64,000 nucleotides of DNA from the NCBI GenBank assembly GCA_040954595.2, contig CM082579.2, positions 12,897,834-12,961,833 of the forward strand, in the 5' to 3' direction. How positions within the stretch are numbered: position 1 is the first letter of the stretch; each line of letters begins with the position of its first letter. Under the pieces are notes generated by a model. That model did no database searches. It had not been told where the DNA came from and saw only the letters and a list, made by a program, of their open reading frames with translations. This stretch comes from Balanoglossus misakiensis. Its lineage: Eukaryota; Animalia; Hemichordata. A program made the position numbers and the translations under genes. Positions 54,426 to 64,000 of this stretch are shown here, piece after piece.

Positions 54426-55482
54426 CTGGAATAAAAGTTAAATCTGATAAGTGATACATTATTGAATCAAGGTTTGGTGTCAGAGCATGGAGATACCTTG
54501 AATGAATGAATGAAAAATATGAAGAGTTTTGTACACTTATAGTAAAAAGTCTGCCCAGACAGAAAAGTTTTTGAACAAAAATAACACTATATCATGTTCT
54601 AAATGAAACTGTAATGGATGATGTAGATGTATGACATTGTCTAAATTCGCATGAACGCCGTTCAGTCAGTGCAACCCATCCCAGCGCAACTCATTGCAGC
54701 TGCACTGAAACATGTGTATTTAAACTTAGAACATGATACTTATGTCATACTTGAAACACATCTACGTTTTGTTCACTCTTTGAGGACTACCAGGTATAAT
54801 GTGTTTGAAAATTTAGACGATTTATGTTTCGTTCGGAAGAATTAAAATTGTCTCATTTAAAACACATATTACCACAGTTTCGGGTGTGATTAAATTTATC
54901 TGCCATATTTGCTCAAACTATAAACCCTATGCTCAAACATCATCGACGGAATTTCAGTGGATTTATTGGGTTTTTAATGGAAGCAGATCACTTTGAGGAA
55001 AATTTGGGCGTCGGGGGTGCTTTTAGGGGTGAGACCGTTTCAAATTTTCTCGCAGTTAAACCACGTAACTTAGCTGACGACAGAAAGTTGATTGGGAAAT
55101 CACACACCATTAGACAACATGTCACGTTCGTTACTCAGACTGTTATTTGGGAAAAAACGACTACTTTAGGCCTAATCTAAATAAGTCAATCTCAAGAGAA
55201 GAAGCAGTATTCTACTAAAATATCGCTAGAAACAAATCATAAACCTACCTTCAGTGATCGAATGCGAATGTCCCTGTAGAGCTGGTTGAAGCGTGTTGCG
55301 GAGAGATGGATGTTCGTGATGAAAGTCATGTTGGAGTTTATGTCTGTGTTCGCGCGGTAAACCCTTTATACACAGAGAAGTGGCGGTCGCTGTAATATAC
55401 TGGCCAATCACCAGCCAGCTTTTTCCGTGCAATTGACACCTTTTCTTCGGTTGACATTTCCAGATCGGTGTTAATCCCAAAG

Positions 55483-56322
55483 TTACCAGTATTGTTGTTG
55501 TTTTGGGGGTTTCCGGCTTGGGGGACCTGCTTTGTTTACTTTCCCAGGCACAACTTACGTTTGCGGCAAGGTACACATAAATTTATAATTCCAATGAGAT
55601 GATACCAATGATTCAAAGTCTAATCCAGAGTACAAGTGAAGGGTCTATATGATTTCATCTCTGAATCTTAAAAACATTTTTTCACTGAAAAGTGGCTGAA
55701 AACGCACATTGATGATCTCTATATGTTGTCCTTGCTCTATATACATTGTAGTTGACAATTTTATTCATCCACAGACGTTAATAACAATGTACATCGAAAT
55801 TCGGTTTTACAAAGCTGGGATGCAGCAATTGTTCATTTGGTTACACTTATGGCGGCTGGCAACTTTTGATTCGCTAGAAAGAGAAAGCTTGAGTCACACG
55901 CGAACCGTTCAGAATATGCAACAGACTGGTGGAATTCATTTTCAGTTCATCATATGAAACAAGCAGACTTTCATAATGTAACGCTTACTAAGACAAGTTA
56001 GATTGTTAATAAGTCGGCTTCGGCGAGCCTTGTGCAAAATACTACATTCAATTGTTCAGTCATTAGTCAAAGTTCGATCCTCCACCCATTTTGCTTAAAT
56101 TGCTGCTACATGGCTGGCAAAGAAGGCTCAACATTGTTGTGAGGGTAGGGGCGTGCCCGACATGCGTAACCAAACGGTGCAGTGTTCGTTCGTCTTCAGT
56201 CGTAGTTCCCTGAAAGCGTATAGATTTCGGACAATTTTCCTTATGGGTACTTCTAACTTTCAACCTATTTTTATAATTGTTTTCTTCACTTTGCTGGTTT
56301 TTAAACCAAAATGAGCACTCGT
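55483..56322. repeat. ~840-bp direct duplication, copy 2
   Basis: Matches 50050-50888. Confidence 0.95.
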
Positions 56323-57947
56323 GTTTAAACTGGGTAAGACTTATTTGGTCTTTAACACTGTGTGGTTCTGAAGAAATATACTGATCGTGGGAAAACAAAC
56401 ATCCACCACTTTATTCTCACCGAATCTGGGCGACACCGATTCTGACGCCTTTCGTAGGTGTGAAGCATAACCATTAGAGATTTCTTATCTGTGATTCGTC
56501 GGATTTTCTTAACAGCCCACACGTAACATTTTTTTAAAATGACAGCAGGTTGCAAAGTCGCTCTATGAAACTGCACACATTCATTTCAACAAAATGTATG
56601 CCATATCCCCAAACGTTGGTGACACGTTCTTGTTAATTCAGTAAACCTGGAAATGAATGCGCAGTTTTTTTTTCGCGCTTTGGGAGGGCCAGCTGATAAC
56701 GCGCAGTTTAATTTTAGCGTAAGACGACGTGAGAGAAACCATTGTGTTGAAGACAAAGCAATGGACCAATAGTGCAACTTTGTCGGCACCGTTTCAGTGC
56801 CGTCCTCCCCAACTCTATTTGTATTACCCGCCACTAATTACAAGATCATACGTTTCTAAAGTGATTTTGATATACGAATAAAACAGCATCATGCCAAAAC
56901 AAGTCCGTGTCTCTGATCTTGTGTTGTCTTTGGAATCGAGTTCAAAGGTCACTTTACTGTGATCGCTACGTGTTTCCTCATTCCTGCTAATCAAAATAAA
57001 TGACGTTCTAGCCAACTTGTCTTCAGTACGACGTCCAAGTAGTTCCAAAATTTCAAACAACTTTGTGCACGATTCTGAAGAATTTTCAAACGTAACGAAA
57101 TCGTAATTTTACAAACACAGAGCCTCTGTAAACGTCTCTATTTTTCTACATGACCCAAGAAATCAATCGCGGTAATTTGTACACGCATCGCCACTCGATC
57201 TTGCCGTCAACGAGCCGTTTTTCAAAGACATTCTCTGAAGCATTTCCAGCAGCTCAGCGATGATGATGCTCCGATTTCCGAAGTCAAAGTCTCGTTTGTC
57301 GGAGCTCAAGCCAGAACACGCGCAGTGGTTAGTTATTTTGACAGCGTCCGATGTATAAGCGTGTATAGTGAAGTGTAAACAAGGAAGCAGGTACAACGTT
57401 CGTATCGTATGCCCGTTTGGGGGCATTGAAAACATATGCGCAGCTTTAAATTCGCGCTCACGATCCAGCGCGAAATTGCGCGAAAAAAAAACTGCGCAAA
57501 AAATTTCCAGGTTTACAGAATGTTGCCGATCGCATCAACCATACACACGACCGCATTTACGAACAAAATAAACGCTCCGTCTTACACGTGCCGCCTTTTG
57601 TTGAAACTGACAATTTGTTGATCTGCATATGATGCCTTTATTGTTTCTGTGTACTACCTGAGCACGAAATTAACGTTTTCTGTCTTGGTGATTCACATAC
57701 GATAGGTTGTTCTTTTTTTTTTTTTACAACGAGACAGTGTTAATGTGGTCAAGCTATATAGAGCGGGGGGTTCGATTTTCCCCTGCATGATAGCTTTCGA
57801 CACCACTTCGGGTTGGGGGGGGGGCTGACAGAACCCTGCAGTATGTAGGGGCGTGCCCGACATGCGTAACCAAACGGTGCAGTGTTCGTTCGTCATCAGT
57901 CGTAGTTCCCTGAAAGCGTATAGATTTCGGACAATTTTCCTTATGGG

Positions 57948-60900
57948 TATACTACTTAAGCTGTTTGATCAAAAACGGTTTGGTTGACCGTACGTCATCG
58001 GTCTTACGGTGGTATATCCATGCATGCGCAAGCTTTGTAGAATGACTTTATTGTCTGAACAGTTAAAAGTTCATTGATTCCCCAAACACGTTAACAATCT
58101 ACGATTCCCCGTTAGATCAAGTTCACCTACACATCAAACTGCGTCTTATGGCAAAAACTGAAATTCTGGCATTTAAAAATGATGTCGACGCCACGGGAAT
58201 TGTGTGTCTCCAGATCTGTGCCTGCATTTGAAGCGTGAACCTGACACGGACCGCTTAGTAATTCTCGCGGGATTCACGAACTTAATAATTTTAGGCAAGC
58301 GGTAAAATAATTGAAAACAGTGGAATTCATTGGACAAAAGTTTTAGTGCTTTGGAAGTTGTTTCGCATTTTAGCCTGTATGTGTATGCGAAGAAGGGTAC
58401 ACGTTTTGATTTGAAACAAACTCGAAATTTTGTTTTCCGTCGCGGTACGCTAGGTGAAGTTCACGTAACACCGATCTCACGCGCAACTCCTACCACCTAG
58501 TGATTCCCGCGGGATTTTTTCCCTTTTAATTTTGGCAAGTGTTTTTTTTTTTATAATAAATCAGTTCTGTACAAAATCATGAAATGAAAACCATGCAATT
58601 CTTTCAAGAAAGAAAAGAAACCGACAATGATTGCAAGACCACTTCTTGGACGACGACCGGCGATGCATTGAAAGTCGACGCCTTCCGTTTCAGTTGTTAT
58701 CACGTGGCAAACCACGTAGCAAATCCAACTACGACAGTTGGGTTGACTGTGTACGGTACCGGTACTTCCACACAAAAATACGTCCATTAGCAAGAGCGTG
58801 GAGGACATTACCGGTTCAATCTGATGAGTGCGAGTCCTAATGTTTTACAAATGCTCACAGGCTGGCATATGGTTATTTATTAGAATAGTTAAAGGTATTA
58901 CAAATGAAATATTACGTAGTTATAGATATTAGGGGATCATTGTCCCCGCATTGCCATAAATCTGTCGACATCAAGCAAAACATCACAGGTCAGAGGGGGA
59001 GAGCCCTGCGTACAGGTCTTGAGTTCCCGACGTTACAGTAGACGGCGTAAGCGGTACAGTTGCCTGATTCAATTAGGCGATTATTGTGATAGCAAACAGT
59101 TACGTAAGTTTACTCGGTATCAGTTGTGTATACAGGTATACCGTATAGGCGCTTCCCACCGTGACTTTTAACCCTAAACAGCCCAGCTCTGCATATTGGT
59201 GCGGAGTAACGATTTCACGCGATGCTGCAACATTCAAATCGCAAAACGCTGTGTTCTGTCGATGTGTTAGGCGGATACTGAGAGCTTGCCGGTACTCGGC
59301 AAACTGATTTTCCTGCCGAAATAAAAAAAAACACACACTGCCAGCACGTCCGCCCATCTACCAACTTCATCGACAACAGTTGCCAGTCGCGTTTACCGAT
59401 ACTAGTGCGAGGACGAGCGGGGTGCGCGGGGTTAAATTCCTTCAATCACTGTCCCTCTATCACACGGTGCTTTAATGTTGAACTCACCGACAATGCTTCA
59501 TAATAGTATCGCATAATTATTGTATCGAGGATATAATATTTCTACGCCATTGCCGCTAGACTCCGACTGGTGGGGAAGACTATAATTTTGTGCTAACACT
59601 TTTTAAAACTGTGGTTCACCTGAGAGACAACAATCAATTACGTAATTCACCGACACGCTGGAGTGACCATGTGTAATCACTGTCAGTCAGTATAGCGGTC
59701 ATCAATTAATCATCACGTCAACTTTATTACAGCATGAACTCAGTGACAAGTAGCCCGGATGCGATAGTGACTCCTACGGGATTCCCAAGATCGTTTCCTT
59801 TACGTGGGGTGGTTGATCGGGAAAATGTTAATGAGTAAGACGTTTACGTATTCTGGTATACTATTTAGGCTGTTTGATCAAAAACAATTCGGTTGTACCG
59901 TACGTCATCGATCTTACGGTGGTATATCCATGCATGCGCAAGCTTTGTAGAATGGCTTTATTGTCTGAACAGTTAAAAGTTCATTGATTCCCCAAACACG
60001 TTAACAATCTACGATTCCCCGTTAGATCAAGTTCACCTACACATCAAACTGCGTCTTATGGCAAAAACTGAAATTCTGGCATTTAAAAATGATGTCGACG
60101 CCACGGGAATTGTGTGTCTCCAGATCTGTGCCTGCATTTGAAGCGTGAACCTGACACGGACCGCTTAGTAATTCTCGCAGGATTCACGAACTTAATAATT
60201 TTAGGCAAGCGGTAAAATAATTGAAAACAGTGGAATTCATTGGACAAACGTTTTAGTGCTTTGGAAGTTGTTTCGCATTTTAGCCTGTATGTTTATGCGA
60301 AGATGGGTACACGTTTTGATTTGAAACAAACTCGAAATTTTATTTTCCGTCGCGGTACGCTAGGTGAAGTTCACGTAACACCGATCTCACGCGCAACTCC
60401 TACCACCTAGTGATTCCCGCGGGATTTTTTCCCTTTTAATTTTGGCAAGTGTTTTTTTTTATAATAAATCAGTTCTGTACAAAATCATGAAATGAAAACC
60501 ATGCAATTCTTTCAAGAAAGAAAAGAAACCGACAATGATTGCAAGACCACTTCTTGGACGACGACCGGCGATGCATTGAAAGTCGACGCCTTCCGTTTCA
60601 GTTGTTATCACGTGGCAAACCACGTAGCAAATCCAACTACGACAGTTGGGTTGACTGTGTACGGTACCGGTACTTCCACACAAAAATGCGTCCATTAGCA
60701 AGAGCGTGGAGGACATTACCGGTTCAATCTGATGAGTGCGAGTCCTAATGTTTTACAAATGCTCACAGGCTGGCATATGGTTATTTATTAGAATAGTTAA
60801 AGGTATTACAAATGAAATATTACGTAGTTATAGATATTAGGGGATCATTGTCCCCGCATTGCCATAAATCTGTCGACATCAAGCAAAACATCACAGGTCA

Positions 60901-62550
60901 GAGGGGGAGAGCCCTGCGTACAGGTCTTGAGTTCCCGACGTTACAGTAGACGGCGTAAGCGGTACAGTTGCCTGATTCAATTAGGCGATTATTGTGATAG
61001 CAAACAGTTACGTAAGTTTACTCGGTATCAGTTGTGTATACAGGTATACCGTATAGGCGCTTCCCACCGTGACTTTTAACCCTAAACAGCCCAGCTCTGC
61101 ATATTGGTGGGGAGTAACGATTTCACGCGATGCTGCAACATTCAAATCGCAAAACGCTGTGTTCTGTCGATGTGTTAGGCGGATACTGAGAGCTTGCCGG
61201 TACTCGGCAAACTGATTTTCCTGCCGAAATAAAAAAAAAACACACACTTCCAGCACGTCCGCCCATCTACCAACTTCATCGACAACAGTTGCCAGTCGCG
61301 TTTACCGATACTAGTGCGAGGACGAGCGGGGTGCGCGGGGTTAAATTCCTTCAATCACTGTCCCTCTATCACACGGTGCTTTAATGTTGAACTCACCGAC
61401 AATGCTTCATAATAGTATCGCATAATTATTGTATCGAGGATATAATATTTCTACGCCATTGCCGCTAGACTCCGACTGGTGGGGAAGACTATAATTTTGT
61501 GCTAACACTTTTTAAAACTGTGGTTCACCTGAGAGACAACAATCAATTACGTAATTCACCGACACGCTGGAGTGACCATGTGTAATCACTGTCAGTCAGT
61601 ATAGCGGTCATCAATTAATCATCACGTCAACTTTATTACAGCATGAACTCAGTGACAAGTAGCCCGGATGCGATAGTGACTCCTACGGGATTCCCAAGAT
61701 CGTTTCCTTTACGTGGGGTGGTTGATCGGGAAAATGTTAATGAGTAAGACGTTTACGTATTCTGGTATACTATTTAGGCTGTTTGATCAAAAACAATTCG
61801 GTTGTACCGTACGTCATCGAGCTTACGGTGGTATATCCATGCATGCGCAAGCTTTGTAGAATGGCTTTATTGTCTGAACAGTTAAAAGTTCATTGATTCC
61901 CCAAACACGTTAACAATCTACGATTCCCCGTTAGATCAAGTTCACCTACACATCAAACTGCGTCTTATGGCAAAAACTGAAATTCTGGCATTTAAAAATG
62001 ATGTCGACGCCACGGGAATTGTGTGTCTCCAGATCTGTGCCTGCATTTGAAGCGTGAACCTGACACGGACCGCTTAGTAATTCTCGCAGGATTCACGAAC
62101 TTAATAATTTTAGGCAAGCGGTAAAATAATTGAAAACAGTGGAATTCATTGGACAAAAGTTTTAGTGCTTTGGAAGTTGTTTCGCATTTTAGCCTGTATG
62201 TTTATGCGATGAAACAAACTCAAAATTTTGTTTTCCGTCGCAGTACGCTGGTGTGAAGTTCACGTAACACCGATCTCACGCGGAACTCCTACCACCTAGT
62301 GATTCCCGCGGGATTTTTCCCCTTTTAATTTTGGCATGTGTCAGTATACGTATTTTTTAAAATAATAAATCAGTTCAGTACAATATCATGAAATGAAAAA
62401 AATGGAAACCATGCAATTCTTTGCACGAAAGAAAGAAACCAACATTGCAAGATCACTTAAAAAAACTTGGACGGCGGCCGATACATTGAAATTCGACGCC
62501 TTCCGTTTCAGTTGTTATCACGTGGCAAAGCACGTAGCAAATCCAACTGT
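57948..62550. repeat. 1,908-bp tandem repeat (~2.4 copies) near the right end of the giant element
   Basis: Copies start at ~57948, ~59856 and ~61765. Near-identical short ORFs recur at offset 1908. Confidence 0.95.
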
Positions 62551-63652
62551 GTACGGTTAACTGCGTCCAATTTTCCCCGAAACAACGTCCAGCTTTTCTG
62601 TCGCGATGCATCAATGAATCGACGCAGTGTTTAGCTTGCACGTGGCCGCGTGTTTATCCTGAGCTTTGGACAAACTTTCCAACCCTGATACATGTACCGG
62701 TAGTCACAGATGGACTGTCATAGAGCGTATAACAAAATCACGATTGATCTACCGGTATAATAATCGGACAATTTTGTGCATTCAATAAAAACATTTTGGT
62801 GACGTGATTTGCACTTACGCCACGATGATGTCCGATCTACCCTTCGCAGCAAATAGATCGCTCGGGATCAAAAAAGGCGACGCGGCGTATAGAGGCCGAT
62901 TGGGTATGGATTGGCAATGCCAGGGAAAATGATCCCCTATTAATATCGAATCAATGATTTGCGCCGTAACTTTCGGCAAGAAAAGTTACCAAATTTTACG
63001 CAGACGTGCAGAATTAATTACAAAATACAGCGACATATATCAAGCCTTTGCTCCATTCGCTTCTGTTTCGAAAGTTATTCCCTTGATCACTGAGTGACCG
63101 TAGTGGTGCTGACCTCATGCTCATATACGGTATATCCGTACAAAGGGTGTTAGCAGGGAACGTTTCAATTATGAACGTTATGTACAAATTCTAAAATAGC
63201 TTTGTACAGTGAAAGCAATGACCGTCGAAAATTTCAAAATTAATGGACACGCAAGTCGAGATGAGAGTAATGAATACTTTATTGTGTTACCATGTTGCAA
63301 ATAACGGATTTCGGACGCCGTATTATCTTAAATAATGACACATGATACGGATGAAATTAGGCGAGAGAACACCCAAAGTACTGCAAGGTTCGATAATGGT
63401 TACTGGGTGATAGACGGTTCCTACCAGCACGTATAACGCATTTCCATTCTTGGTCGTATGAGGGCGCAATCAAATACAAGAACGGGATTTTTGCGGGATT
63501 TACTCCCGCGGGAAAATTATCCAGGAAGTTCGGATTTACGGCGTGTTTCACGCGTGTTATATAACACGTCCGCGCGCGAATACTCTCCCGATACCGCAGT
63601 AAACACGAGGGATTTTTGCGGACAGTGGTCCCATTACTTTTGTCCGGTAGGG

Positions 63653-64000
63653 TAAGCTTTCAGCCTACCAATGTAGCTATTGTATTTTCCACTTTTTGTA
63701 AGTGAAGCCTGACTGTCGCCTGTCTTAGGACACCACTTCATAAGCGGTGTTACCCGTCATTGGCACAAACAGTCTCAGGAAGTAAGCTTTCAGCCTACCA
63801 ATGTAGCTATTGTATTTTCCACTTTTTGTAAGTGAAGCCTGACTGTCGCCTGTCTTAGGTCACCACTTCATAAGCGGTCTTAACCGTCATTGGCACAAAC
63901 AGTCTCAGGAAGTAAGCTTTCAGCCAACCAATGTAGCTATTGTATTTTCCACTTTTTGTAAGTGAAGCCTGACTGTCGCCTGTCTTAGGTCACCACTTCA
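63653..64000. repeat. 130-bp satellite, right arm (runs off the window)
   Basis: Same unit as 21647-23175, resuming exactly in phase at TAagctttcagcc. Confidence 0.97.

Larger units (their letters stand above)
23176..63652. mobile_element. Giant (40,477 bp) TIR DNA transposon with cargo genes, inserted at a TA in the satellite
   Basis: TIRs CCCTACCAGACAAAAGTAATGGGAC (23176-23200) and GTCCCATTACTTTTGTCCGGTAGGG (63628-63652) match at 24/25. Flanks ...caggaagTA and TAagctttc... rebuild the intact satellite unit caggaagTAagctttc. Confidence 0.85.

Noticed and set aside
58815-58860. CTGATGA hammerhead-like core (also at ~25499, ~8038 and ~60729)
   Set aside because: There is no stem II followed by GAAA and no closing helices.
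58551-61256. Recurring short ORFs at 58.5-61.3 kb (also 50276 and 55709)
   Set aside because: They recur only because the DNA is duplicated, and show no domain evidence.

Overview
AT-rich, intron-containing animal DNA (probably a marine invertebrate; inference) made almost entirely of nested transposable elements. The left third (1-21.8 kb) holds decayed elements: a DIRS1-like retrotransposon, an AcademH-type RecQ helicase remnant, a Sola1-like transposase, an EnSpm/CACTA element with CACTTACAAAAA ends, a LINE 3' fragment and several MITEs. The right end of that CACTA element appears to have been amplified into a 130-bp satellite. The main result is that this satellite is split at a TA by a 40,477-bp element (23176-63652) with 25-bp terminal inverted repeats and a TA duplication. 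It carries three apparently intact genes: a DD34E Tc1/IS630-type transposase, a convergent 4-exon BEN-domain gene, and a compact 7-exon A/B-like cyclin with no recognisable N-terminal destruction box. It also carries reshuffled repeat modules and a nested 3-kb foldback element rich in TATCGATA. This is a candidate giant cargo-carrying DNA transposon. All gene models and alignments were made by eye, and no database searches were run.
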